Assembly: GCA_003971905.1 (NCBI GenBank)
Contig: RSEE01000108.1
Coordinates: forward strand, 124,001 to 188,000
Length of the DNA stretch: 64,000 nucleotides
Source of the DNA: Moniliella sp. 'wahieum'
Lineage: Eukaryota
Reading direction: 5' to 3'
Shown: positions 1 through 12,175 of the stretch, piece by piece
Position numbering within the stretch: position 1 is the stretch's first letter
How the letters are laid out: each line of letters opens with the position of its first letter
Notes under the pieces: model-generated
What the model saw: the letters and a program-made list of their open reading frames with translations, nothing else
Told to the model about the DNA's origin: nothing
Database searches by the model: none
Program-made: the position numbers and the translations under genes

Positions 1-130
1 CAAACGGTTGGCCGACCAGCACGGCGGCCATGCCCCCAACTCCGCCAGAGAGGAAGGATTTGATCGGGTCCGTGTCGCCCCGCTGCTCCTCGTACGAAAC
101 GGACACGTCCTCGACGGATGGGTCGGACAT
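1..130 (-). CDS. Mitochondrial carrier (SLC25) family protein, 5' part only; carnitine/acylcarnitine carrier-like
   Basis: Manual translation from ATG at 130: MSDPSVEDVSVSYEEQRGDTDPIKSFLSGGVGGMAAVLVGQPF, the typical first carrier helix leading into the Px[DE] motif. Runs off the window edge. Confidence 0.75.
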   Translation of the reverse strand, partial: MSDPSVEDVSVSYEEQRGDTDPIKSFLSGGVGGMAAVLVGQPF

Positions 131-783
131 GATGGAGGCACCAGGCGCAGAGCGGGTGCGGCGACGAGGTAGATAGGATGGGTTAAACCAACGCGCAATC
201 TTTTCTTCGGTGGATTCAGGGTTCTGGAAGCAATCATCAATCATCGATTAATCATCACATCAACGGGTCGATCATCGAGATCATCGATGGCTCAGAGTCC
301 GGCGGGTTTGGAACGTTCATTAATTTATCTCATCCCGGCAATTTCGCCTGGCCTACACCGTCTCTCACAGCTGCCTGTGGCCTCTAGGCCACAACAGACG
401 GGGGGGCAAGAGAGCAGCCGAGAGACACGTCGGATCGACCATTTGCATCAATCCTTTCCGGTGAAGGGGGGCATCCGGGTTCACCTTGAACGTTCAACGA
501 ACGAACGAACGAGCTAACGAACGTGATGGATGATCCAAGCATCACAAGAGCGAGCTAAGCGCTAACAACGAGCAAAACGGAGGGCCAGTACGCCAAGCAG
601 GCGGGAGAGGAATCTGGTATGGGTACAATGGGCGCATCGTGCGCAGCGACAATAACAGAGCAAAAGGATGGGGGGGTGGGGGGGGAGGGGGGGTGCAAGC
701 GAGGTAAAAAGGTCGTCCATGGTTTTTGGTTGTAGTTCGAGTGCAAAAGAAAAGCTCAAAGCTCAATGCTCAAAACCCAAAGC

Positions 784-3222
784 TCAAAGCTTGGCGCGCT
801 CAGGCAGGCGGTCGTGGAGGAGAATGACGTTGACCGTGATGTCGTCCCGGTACCGGCGCGATTCCGGCGACGGGATGGCCAACAAACCTGAGACGCGCTC
901 GCGATGGGCACCGCCGAGCGCATTGCGGATCAGGTGGGTGGATAAGTTGTCGTCGGCAAAAGTAAATGTTTGGTCTGCCTTGGAAGGAGGCGTCAAGGGG
1001 TTGCTCCCTGTCTGGGCAGGTGGGAGGAGGGGGAGACGCCGTGATTGGGACCATGAAGGACATGAGCCAAGAGAGATGTCGTCTTCACATCCCCTTTAAG
1101 CCCAGCCAGGTGGCCAGCAACCAACGCCCCCACCTCGTCGTTGGACAGCATGTCCCACAACCCATCGGTGGCCATGACAATGAAGCGCAGCTCCTTCCTC
1201 CCCCGCCGGTCAGACGAAGGAGTTAAGGGCGGCAAGTGCTGTACCTGGACAAGCGGCTCAGGGGTGACATAAGGCGGGGTACGCAGCAAACTCGGAATCC
1301 GCCGCGCCTCAGCCACACCTCCCGGCACAAACGCATTGTAAAGGCGCTCCTGCAGGGATCGATCCCATTTATAACCGCATCTCCAAACGCCCGTGTAGGT
1401 TCCAGACCGCCAAGAACCCGGCCACGCATGATGACCTGGTCCGCTTCTTGAGGCGGGTGCTCAGCACGCATGCGCGCTACCTCGGACGGGTTCCGGCCGG
1501 TCTGGTCCGTTGACAGCGGCTCAAACACCCATGTTTGCGAGCTGGGATTCCAGAACCCACCGATCGCACGCGAGTCGCCCGTACAAGCCACATATACGTT
1601 TCCCCGTGCCGAGTCAATGTAGGTCAGCAAGGCACAGGAACCATTCATCGCGGGTCGCAAAGCATCGTACGCAGCTTGTTGTCGCTCCGCTAGGGTGGGA
1701 CCAGACGGCGGAGTGGTCCCCCCCAATAATCTGGCAAAGCGGCTCACACTGGTCGCCTCCGTCGGCGGCGCCGAGGACGAAGCGGATACAATATGCTGCT
1801 GGGAGGTAGTGTGTATTGGACAAGGCAGCCACCAGTAGCTCGTACTCATGCAGCAGCTCGACCGGGGTCGAGCAGATTTCTTTATCTAAATTGGCAAACG
1901 CTTTCCTCAATGCCATCTCGACCAAACTTGGGTCGGCATCAAGGGCAACGTTAGGATAGGTCGGGGCTGCACCGTTGGATGAGAGGAAGGCTTGCCGCCC
2001 AACAGTCCCCCGAGGGATAATGCGCTGGCCCACGGTCTTGGACCTGGGCTCACAAGTGCTGCTGACCCGCCCCTAGCGGCGGCCAACTGAGAATATTCCG
2101 CTTGTTGGCGAAAGAGCTTGTCAAGCTCAAGGGCAACGAATGGGATCAGTTTTTGGGCAAGGAGGGTGGACGTGGCGCTCCCTGCATGTCCGTCCATGAC
2201 GGCAAAAAAGCAAAGGTCGCCCTTGGTGTTCCCCAAGGGAGCTGCCCCAGCGGCAGGCCAGTCCCGCTCAACAATTACCTCGGCGCGCTTGTCTTCGCAG
2301 GGCGCATTGGATGCTACCGAATTGGTGTCAAACCGAGCCACACGGCAAGCGCCGGGGGACGGTCGACCTGGGTAGATCGTTCGTGCGAACGAAGCACCCG
2401 GTCAACCTCATTGGCAGCTAGCGCCGTGACAATCTTGTATCCACCCCATCTGCACTGGATCGACGCACGGCAAATTGGGTTGGGGCGGCGGGTGGAAAGG
2501 GATCGTGAGCCAAACCCGCCGCCGGATCCGGGTGGTGTGAGGTACCAGCACCGAGTGTGACACATCCAACAACCAGGGCCGCATAGGCGGGCCAGTGCTG
2601 GCGCAAGTGGGCAGCAACAACAGAGTTGTTGGATGGCTTGCGCGGACCAGTGGAGAAGGATCGGTCATGGAGCGCAGCATGACGGATGAGCGCTTCGGGG
2701 ATCTGGAATGTGAGGGGGCGGGACAGGCAGGCTTGCCTCGTGGGGGTGGGGGCACTGGGCTGGTGGCGCCAGATGGCTCGGGGCGGATCGGGGCAACGCG
2801 TGAGCGGCGAAGGGCTCGGCTGGGGTGGGCGGAGGGCCGACGAGGGAGAGGCGAGCAGGAATCCTCGCCAGCCGAGTCGGATGCGGACGAGTCGCTGTCA
2901 CTGGTCCAGGCGGTGGAGGCAGAGGTCGTGCGGGTGGACAGCGAGCCGCCCACGCCGGCCGAGGGACGCGACATGTCGGCCGCGCCACGGAGGGCACGGC
3001 GTGCGCCGGCGCCTACGCCAGGGCCATGGGCGTTGCCACTGGAGGGGTGTGGGGGCCATGGGCGCGGCGACGCGGAGGCGGCGGGGGGGGCGACGCAGGG
3101 GGGGAGGGGGATGGATAGGAGTAGGTGTAGGTGTGGGCCAGCCGTGCGTGCGCACGGAGGCGCAGCGCGGTGCGGGCAGCGGCCGCGGCGGGGCGCAGCG
3201 GCGGCGGACGGCGAGGCAGCAT
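784..3222 (-). CDS. PTC5: PP2C-family phosphatase, mitochondrial pyruvate dehydrogenase phosphatase-like (assembly frameshifts)
   Basis: Successive minus-strand ORFs carry PP2C motifs in order: FAVMDGHAG, GSCALL, VACTGDSRA, GRVLGGLEPTRAFGD, MATDGLWDMLS, DNLSTHLIRNALGG, YRDDITVNVI. Start uncertain: ATG 2680 (MLRSMT..) or ATG 3222 (Arg/Ala-rich presequence-like MLPRRPPPLRPAAAAARTALRLRAHARL). Confidence 0.85.
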
Positions 3223-6200
3223 GGAGGAGCGCTGCGCGCAGACGCTCAGACGCCCAGACAGCCAGGCGGCGGCGGTGGCGTGGCCAGGGAAGGACGCAGG
3301 CAGACGCTGGCGGTGCGCGAGATGGGATGCGAGAGGAGAGGGCAGAGGAGATAGCAGAGGAGATGGCAGATGAGATGGTGGTGGTGGGGCACCAAAGTTC
3401 GAACTGCGGGCGCAGGCCCAGTGCCGAGCGGCGTGGCTGCCTGCACGGGGGAAGTGTTGCTGCCGGGGCTGCCCGTCGACACTGGCGCCGTGCAGCACAC
3501 GAGCAGCAGGCAGCACACGCACTCTGCCCGCCGGCTCCGACTTGGTCCGGGCCGACTTGTGCGCAATCATTAGTCACTAATCACTAATCATGAATCAGCG
3601 GGAATAAGCGCTGCTGGCGTAGGATTGCTTCCCACGCCCTGTCCCATCCCATCTGCCCTCCATCTGCCCTCCACCCCCCTCGGCTCCGCACCCAGGTAAG
3701 CGTCAACCTTCACAGCTCCCCAACCACAGCGCGCTCCAACCAGTAGCACGCATGGGGGGCCAGTGCCCATCGCAGACAGGGGGGCCGGGCACACACGCAC
3801 CGCGTATCAGTAAAGCCGTTCGACGCCATGGTCACAGGCCCACCTTTGAGACCGACGGGCTGAATCTATCAGCAGAGAATGAGGCCGATGAGGCATCTTG
3901 CTAGCAAATGGCATGGGGTTTACACAGCAGTAGGGGGGGGACAGTTAATACACCGAATAAGGAGAGCCAGCCGCGGTCGCAGTCTCAACACTCTTTTGTT
4001 GTAGCAGCTCTCGAGCGAAGCGTCCTGCTGCTGCTCGGTGGCGATGCTCCTCTTCTTCCTCTATCAGTGAGTTCCACGAGATGTGGTGGAGTTCACCTCT
4101 CCCTTTCCCAGTGCACACTGATATATAAAGGGACCGTCGGAAGGAACCCCTGGCACCTGCAAAAGCACAGATAACACACGCAGTGCATATGTCGCCGTTC
4201 ACCCTAGTAGTAATATATGTACGGGATCGCGGGTCCCAATATAGTCCTTATCCTCACCTTATGCCTCCCACGCCTCGTCCCGTCCTCCTCCTCCGCCGTC
4301 GGCGCTTTGCGGATGTCTCAAGCGAGGCCATCCAAGTACAGTTGCACTTGCTGCGCGAGGAACGGGTACAGGGTAAATATGGAGCTGGAGACTATAGTCT
4401 AAGGAACGCCAAATGTATAGTTGAACGCGTTGTCGTCATGTGTTCAACGAAAACCACAACATTGCGACCACCGGTCCCGTTAGTTCGTTGAACTTCGTGA
4501 GTAGTTGCTGCCCATTTTCTCTCCCATGTGCGACAGCGCTTGCCACTATTACTTCCTCTCGTAAATGTGTTCGCCGTGGTTTACGCGTCCATGGAAACAA
4601 CACAGTAGTACAATCGATCGCCATTGACCTCGTTGGCCAAATGTACAAATCAAGCGGACAACCACGCATATCATGGACATCCCATTAGAAGAGGCAAGCT
4701 CATGAGCATGTCAAAGTGATCGTCTTTCTTAGTATAGTACCTGTGGATAGAGATGCACCGATATTACTGGCATGTGCGCGCATGTCATCACTCTTGTCAG
4801 TGTTATAACCAATGCTATAGTTTTCTCCCGCGTGTAGTATATGACAGAGTCGGGCGAACACGTGCAGTGTTTGTGCAAAGCAGTGCGCCTGTTGCTTACG
4901 CCCCTTCTGTGCATGCGCCTTCTGCCTTGGAGTACGCCTAGCACCATGTCAACCCACCCCGCCGTCGTCGCTGACAGAGCGCGATCATTGCCACCACAAC
5001 GTTCACACTATATGTACCCTCGTTGCACCGTCACAGCGAGAGAGACGCCCTGCCAACGGCAGGATTGAAAACGCATTCCCACTGCCTCTGTCATGACAGC
5101 ACATGCCCTGTGCACGAGATGGACAGAGCCAAAGTAGATGGGGCATGGTTTGCTCTCCTGCAACGATCCCGTCACTGACAAAGCCTCTTTCTCAATTTCA
5201 AACCTTCTCATGGCTTTTGGCCCCCCCCCATGGACTTCTTTTACGGGAGGACCGTGCACTGTCCTTTAGAGATGGTATTATGTGTTCTCCTGACAGATCA
5301 CACCCATAATCCCACACCGCGTCTGTGAGTATGCCCCCTGTTCTAGATCTTCCTTGACCCCTTTGTGTATCTTTCTTTCATCACGCGATCTTGTTTCCCG
5401 TGCGAATGCCTCTCCTTCCTCTGGTATAAATATAGGGCGCCATTCCATATGCATATGTGTGCAGCCTGAATGAATACCTGAATGAATACCACAGCATCCC
5501 AAGCAAGCCCCCCCTTCATCTCCTCTAGTAGAATTACCCCTTGTCGGGCAATACCTCCCTGTCTTCCCATGCGAGGTCAAAAAGCTACCCCCTTTTCTCC
5601 TCACAGCAATCGAGAGGTTGCTATTTGCAGGACCGAGATGGGCTCTCAGCCCGTTAGTAGGCATCATAAATACCGTGCGCATTCTCAGTACGATATCAAC
5701 CCAAGCGCTGCCATCACCACGTGGACTGCACTGTTTACCACATCAAGGTCCGTTCAGGCCGCCGGGCCCATGCATGTCCTGGTCGCACGGGGGGGCTGGT
5801 GTGTACACTGCATCTGGGCTGGTTGAGGGAGAGCCACCGTAGGGCCAAAATGCTCACGTACTAATCTCGACTGGACTCACCCGCCCGCGTCCCACCCCCT
5901 CTGCCGCAGCAGACGGTGCTATAGGCCTTAGGACGGATGAGGATGAGTGGGAGGACTGGGTGGTTTGTATGCCGTCCTAAGGGGGGGGCTTGGTTACTGT
6001 GGCTCTGAAAGAGGACGCATGGCGCAAGGCCGGGCCTGTGGACAAAATGGGGACGGTGGAGCAAAAGATCGATCGGTGGTGCCAAGGATGGTGGTCTGCG
6101 TCGTCTGAAATGAATGTCAAGTATACGACCCCGCCAGGATTTCTTACAAAACATCCACATGTTTCCTCTCTCGGTCCTCATGGCTATATACTTGAGTAGA

Positions 6201-7601
6201 CTGTAGGCCAAGGCGCCTTATCACCTTTGACCTCCGAAGTCTCCGCATGGATACTCCGGCTTCAATGTTTGAACCCCTGTCTCCTCTATATCGGTGTGGC
6301 ATACGGCTTAGACCTCAACCACTGTCATCCCGATTGCATTGCTCTTGATTACCAGAGATTCATCACCCTACCCCTTGGGTTCCTCCGGCCTTACAGACTA
6401 TGCCGAGTGGGGTATAATATGGGCCTGTTGGAACATTCGGAGGATCAGTGGAGGGGTGGGTCGCACGTTGCGGGACACGGAACACAGGAGGCGACGCTTG
6501 CGTAATGCGGGAGGATGGGATAGGCGTTTGGAAGCCGGGAGGAGCTGTGCGCTGTGCCTTTGAGCGTTGGAAGAGGCAGAAGGCGACAAGGACGCCACGC
6601 CCACAGTACCGCCGGGACGCATGAGCCAAGGGCGTGTGTTGTGGTGCAGGAAAAGACTGCTGGTTGGAGGGGAAGAATAGAATCACACCATTGGTTGGAG
6701 GGGTGTGGTGAGATTGGTGACGGAGAGGAGAGCGTCTGGGGGTGGCGGCGAGCGGTGTGTACTACGCGATGGCATCAGCATTCTTACCTGGGGGGTGCTG
6801 GATCTGGGCGAATGGGCTTGCGGTGTGCGTGGTGCTCCGCGGGCAACGCGGAGGCAGAGGCAGAGGGGCGTGGTGCAGGGGGCAGGCCGAGGCGCTGAGG
6901 CTGCGTGCTGAGGCTGAGCGCGCAGGCTGAGCCGCGCTGAGCGCCGCACGGGGGCAGCCAGCCGCCTCGCGCAGCGCCCCGGCGCGCCAGAGCAGTGCTC
7001 TGTCTGAGCACGGCGTCTCAGTGCGGCGCGTGGGCGCGTGACCCATCACGCGTGGCGCCCACCGCCCGCCGGCCAGCGAACCGACAGCCGCTCGCGCTCG
7101 CTCCCCACCAGCCGCCCTCCCACACTTCCCCCTGCCCCCTCCCGGCCTGCCCCTGGGCGCGCAGTCGCCCAGTCTCCCTTGGCGCACGCACCCAGCACTG
7201 CCCCCCGCCCGCCGCCGTGACGCAGCCATCCATCATGCATCATGCATCACCCTGGTCACGCTTCTCCTCCCCCATCACCCATCGCGTTCGGGTGGAATCA
7301 TTGATCACTTGCCACCTTCTCTGCTGGCTGGTGCGCACGCGTCCTCTCTCTGCGCCGCCCTCGCGGCCCTCGCCCCGCCCTCGCGCCGCCCTCGCCCCGT
7401 CGCCTGCCGCCGCCACCCAGCTCCAGCGCAGGCTGCTCCTCTCGGCTGCGGTCGCTCGTCTCTCTGCGGTGCGATGATGGGTCCCGCGCGTCTGTCTGTG
7501 CGCCGCCCCCGTGCCGTGTCAGTCGAGTTGCCCCTGTCGCCGCTGGTGTCGCTGCCGCCCTCGGCGTCCTCTTCGCCGCTGCCTCTTCTGCTGTCCTTGC
7601 C

Positions 7602-8894
7602 ATGCGAAGACAAGCGCCCCGACCCCCCGCCCCCTCCTCCGCGTTCCGCCCGCCTCCGGCCGCGCGCGCTGCCACAGCCACGGCTGTCCTGGCCATTTGC
7701 GTTCTCCTCCTCCTGGGAACGATCATCGTGCTCGGCACCGTCTGGGCCTTTTCCACGCCCCCTCCAGCGCCTGCCTATCCCCGGCCGAACTGAGCCTGGT
7801 AGACCCCTCCTTTCATGGACCGACCCCACCACGATCGCACGACCGGCACGAACCCCCTCCGCCTCTGCCTCCGCTCTGCCTCCGCCTCTGCCCCCGCCTC
7901 TGCCTCCGCCTCTCGCCTCGGCTGCCCCGCCCCAACCCCCCCCGCGGCCTGTCCCGCCCCCGCCCCGCCCCCACACTGGGTGCCCACCTCGTCCAATAGC
8001 GAGTACCTGGGCCACTTTGTCCCCGGGATGCACAATGGCACGCGCCCCCACCGCGGGGGAGAAGATCTCGAGATTCACCAGACGTGGAAGACAGCGTCGG
8101 TGCCGGCCAAATGGAAGGCGAACCCACAAGGCTGTCGCGCCATGCACCCCGACTACGACTACATCCTCTGGACCGATCAGGATGCGCGCGCGTTCATCCA
8201 GGCTGAGTACGCTTGGTTCTTGCCCACGTTTGATGGCTACCGGTACAACATCCAACGTGCCGATGCGATTCGCTACTTTGTCCTGCATCGCTACGGAGGC
8301 ATCTACATGGACTTGGACATGGGCTGTTCCCCCCCATGGATCCGCTCTTGCAATTCGAAGTGGTCCTGCCGCAGACCAAGCCGGTGGGCGTGTCGAATGA
8401 CCTGATGCTTGCTGCACCCGGCCTGCATTCATGACGCATGCCATCCACCTGCTCGCCCAGAGCAGTAAGAATTACCTGATTCCCTATGCGACAGTCATGT
8501 TCTCCACGGCCCATGTTCCTCAGCGGAGCGTATGGCCAATTTGCGCGGCTGCATGGCATAGCATCCCCGTCCACCCCCTCCGACCCTGAACGGGGCAAGA
8601 CGGGCGTGCGCGTCCTGCCACAAATCTTGTATGGTAAGCTACAGAACCCCCGCCGGGACTGCACACCCAGCCGGCGCGTTCTACAGCCACTTTTACGGCT
8701 CCTCCTGGCACGCCGGCGACGCGAGCTTGATCAAGCTCCTGGGAAACAGCGGATGGTTCGTCATGGCCATCGGACTGGTCGTGGTGGGCATGTGGGTCTA
8801 CCGTGCGTATCGCAGGCCCGGCCACCCGGTCTACCAAGAGCGTCTGCTCGAAGTAGATGTGCACCCCCTAAGGCCTAACCCGTTAGCGCGGTAG
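7602..8894 (+). CDS. GT32 glycosyltransferase, mannosyl-inositolphosphorylceramide synthase (SUR1/CSH1-like), frameshifted in the assembly
   Basis: N-terminal transmembrane anchor (AVLAICVLLLLGTIIVLGTVW), then IHQTWKT, MHPDYDYILWTD, IQRADAIRYFVLHRYGGIYMDLD (DxD), FYSHFYGSSWHAGDA and a C-terminal transmembrane segment. Confidence 0.88.
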
Positions 8895-9700
8895 GCATGA
8901 CAACACTAAGACAACCAACGCCCGTGATGAATTTTCTTTTTTTTTCGCTATGCCTTTGCCCCACCTGCACTGTATCCCCACTTCCTCCCCCTCCTTTCCC
9001 AGTCATACATGTGTGCACATCTCAACCGCATCTTGTTCCCAACCAGCCGCTGGACCCACCGCACACAGTAAGGGCCCCACTATTCTAGTCAAGGCAAGGT
9101 CAGGGGGGAGCCAGGCCATCGGATGGGATGCATCGCCAGCCAAAGCGATGAGATGAATCCTTGAATCCTCAACTTAATCCTCCGTGCCCGCCCCCGATCC
9201 AGATCCACATGCAGTGGAATTCGTCCCTACGCAGACAGGGCTGGATGTCAGTCTGCCTCGCCTAGGATGTGTCGTAGTTCCTCGCTGCCGGTCCTGCCGT
9301 CGCTTTCTCTCTTTCTGCATGGTGCGATACCTACGTGTGCAAACAGTGCAGGAACGGTACGTTGAGTACGTTGAGTGCAGCGCCCCACCCAAATCCCAAA
9401 CGTCCTAGCCGAAAAAAAGATGCCCTTTTCCTGCCAAGAAAGGACTAGGCTTGCCATTCCCGTACCGTACCGTTCCCAGCTGCCAAAGCCTCACTGGGTT
9501 GCTATGTCCTGTCCTTTCCTGTCCATCGCCATCTACCGCGCATGCCCGAGGTAGCCCGGCCTGGGTCGGCGGGTCCCATGGGAGAGGGGAGAATGATCTT
9601 GAGGGGACTGGCATCACTGCCACTGCCCATACCAATGCTAATGCCAATGCCAAAGCCTGGGGATCATGTGCGCGTCCTCTCATCCAGCAAGAAACCTCGT

Positions 9701-10142
9701 CTAGTGTTCATGGGCACCTGGGGGGGAGAACGCACAGCACCGAGCGCAGATCGCCAAAAGATCAGTCATCCCATTGGCACGCAGCATGCGCATGTGGGCG
9801 GGGCTAACCCTGGGCACGGCCAGGGGGAAGGCGTAAGGGTAACGTACCGCCGTGGACTTGGTGTTGAGCGTGTAGCCAAAGACGGAGATGAAGATGCCGT
9901 AGACAGGAACGGTTTGCCCGACAACCTTTTTTGCCTGCAAACCAGCCCGACGCTCGGGGGCCGGGCCCTTGGGCAGCTTGGAGTACAAGTCGACAAATCT
10001 CGAGCTGGCGCTGCTGCCGGCCGGCCGCGGACGCGAGCGGGGGTGGCGACCTTGGGCGGGATGGGCAGCGCACGCGCCGGCGCCGAGGTGCAAAGCCACG
10101 CGCCAGACGAGGAGCAGCAGTTCGGGCAACAGGAGCAAGCAT
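9701..10142 (-). CDS. ATP17: Mitochondrial F1Fo ATP synthase subunit f
   Basis: Joined frames read MLAPVARTAAPRLARGF..SAPARALPIPPKVATP..RFVDLYSKLPKGPAPE..GKPFL..GIFISVFGYTLN..HGGAHEH*. IPPK and YSKLPKGPAP are characteristic of fungal subunit f. GT-AG intron at 9718-9847. Confidence 0.8.
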
Positions 10143-10958
10143 CGTCAGGCTTCAGGCGAGCGGTGGTGGAAGCTCGCCCGGCCGCGCCGACGACGCTGCC
10201 CCCGGGGGCGGGCGCGCACGCCGGATTACAATGCGTTCTTCCTGCACTGCGCCAGTGTCCGCCCGTGCCAGCGCCAGCAAAGCGGCTTACCTCACTTAAC
10301 ATTGCAATCCCAGCCTCCCTTTCGCCCTGGTGTGGTCACGTGCCTGGCGGGGCGGGAGCGCAAGTGCTGCTAGTAAGCCCGTCTCTCCCAGCGGCCCCTC
10401 TGGCCTCAGTGGGCGTCTCCATTCCGTTGTCCCTATCGTCATCTCCAAAGGCACCACCCTGCTCACCACCCAGACCGTCGCCACCACGTTCGGCTGCGCA
10501 GGCACTTGCACATTACCTTGGTCCTTGACCTGCTCGGTGGTTCGGCATGTGCGGCCGCACGTGAAGCTTCCAGACGGTTGCCATGACGGCGAAACAGATG
10601 CTGATGCGCCTCCACATGGGCTCCTTGGTTACGCGCCCTTCGTCCTGCCCCACACATCTCTTGCCAACCTACACGAGATTGAGTCCTGAACCTGATTACT
10701 GAGTACTGATTGGTGACGCTTGCCAGCCTCGGCGTGGCTGTGCGCGTGGCATACAACGTGTGCGTAGGCGAGAATGGAGGCATGGATGGGCGGAGCAGAA
10801 GGGGAGAAGAGCAGGGTACGGGTCGAGTGGCCAAGGTGGATGAACGGACAGCAGGCGCAGGAGGAGAGGGTATCCAGCTAGGAAAACAACCCAATCCAAT
10901 GAAGGGAGTGGAACAGTTGCATGGCCCAAACGGAAACAGTATTCGCTCCCCAAAAGAA

Positions 10959-11041
10959 AGGTCCCACTGGGATTCGAACCCAGGTTTCAGGAATGTGAAA
11001 GCATCAGAATCCTACTTGCTAACCAACTACAATATGGAACC
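10959..11041 (-). tRNA. tRNA-Gln(CTG) with ~10-nt intron
   Basis: Cloverleaf: acceptor GGTTCCA/TGGGACC, anticodon arm TAGGA-TTCTGA[intron]T-TCCTG, T-arm CTGGG-TTCGAAT-CCCAG, T-rich run downstream. Confidence 0.92.
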
Positions 11042-11926
11042 TTGATTGGGAAAGAGCAAATTCTAGAGACTATGTACAAGGGAGGCAGAATCAATTCCTA
11101 CGTTCGTTCTCAGAAGCAACTCATGTGACAGCAGGACCAGAATGACAGATGACGATGACGATGACATGCGACAGACAGACTGGCGCTGCATGATGCATGC
11201 ATGACGAGGGTGGTCAAAGCCGCCGGGTGCGCTGCGCGCTGAGGCTGAGTTGCTTCTTCGGAGAACGGGCGACTGGGGACGCGAGGGCAAAGGGGAATCA
11301 GTTACTCAGGCCTGGGAAGCGGGAAGGCCCCAAGGCACAGAATGCACATCCTGCTCATGGCGGCTGACGCGTTGACGTGTGGACATCAACGTGAGGGTTG
11401 GGCCGCTGGGGCTGGACTGGGCGGGGCCGACGCAGACTCCAACACAGGGCCAGTGCCCAGGCAGCCCACCAAGCTAGCAAGGAAGCAAGCGGTGGCTGGC
11501 GTGTGGCTGGCCAGACGCCTGGTCCGACGGTCTTTGGTCGTGTCTTTTCTTCTTGGCCCGGCAGGCCATCGCCCCCCCGATAGCCCCGCCTATACCCGCA
11601 GGGGTAACGCGCGTCGTCGGCTGCCTCCCAGCGGCAAGCCACGCTTTGGAGCAACGCGAAATCGACAATCCCCGCCCCAGTGCCACTGTCCACGGCCGGT
11701 TGGGGCTAGGGTTGCCGCACCTGTCCACTGTGCTTGTCGGCGGGGCCTTGCCGCTGGGCGCGTGAACGTTTCAACTCGGCCGCCTCGCGCCACGCACACT
11801 CTTTGCTGCCCCCGTGCCTGTCGCCACCTCTCCGTATCACCCCCATCACCCCCTATCACCACCACTCCCTTCCCCCCTCTGGCCAGCTCAGCCTCGTGTG
11901 GTGCTTCTTCTTTCCATCCCGCCACA

Positions 11927-12090
11927 CACCCCATCCCCATCCCCATCCCCATCCCCATCCCCATCCCCATCCCCATCCCCATCCCCTCCCCATCCCCATC
12001 CCCATCCCCATCCCCATCCCCATCCCCATCCCATCCCCGTCCCCCCACCACCACCACCACCACCACCACCACCACCACCACCACCACCAC
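11927..12090. repeat. Compound microsatellite (CCCCAT)n followed by (CAC)n, upstream of the histidine kinase ATG
   Basis: Directly visible tandem hexamer and trimer arrays. Confidence 0.95.
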
Positions 12091-12175
12091 TCCCTTCATC
12101 CCCACTCCCACCCAGGGTGCGTCCGAGTGGGTGCACACCACACTGTCTTCCCCTCCCACAAGCCACCCCCCCAGC

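Noticed and set aside
2595..3587. 330-aa plus-strand ORF and other long overlapping GC-rich ORFs (e.g. 7305-8444, 9542-10528, 13659-14687, 33613-34842)
   Set aside because: Antisense or shadow frames of real genes, or stop-poor GC-rich sequence, with no domain motifs.
3600..6700. Lower-GC tract with short ORFs and TATA-like motifs (similar tracts at 23600-26500, 37100-38900, 52100-53900)
   Set aside because: No transposase, RT or other motif recognised in the frames examined. May be decayed sequence; needs a BLASTx/HMM search.
10231..10689. Possible small gene divergent from ATP17
   Set aside because: Some protein-like text, but no recognisable family or reliable start; cannot be supported.
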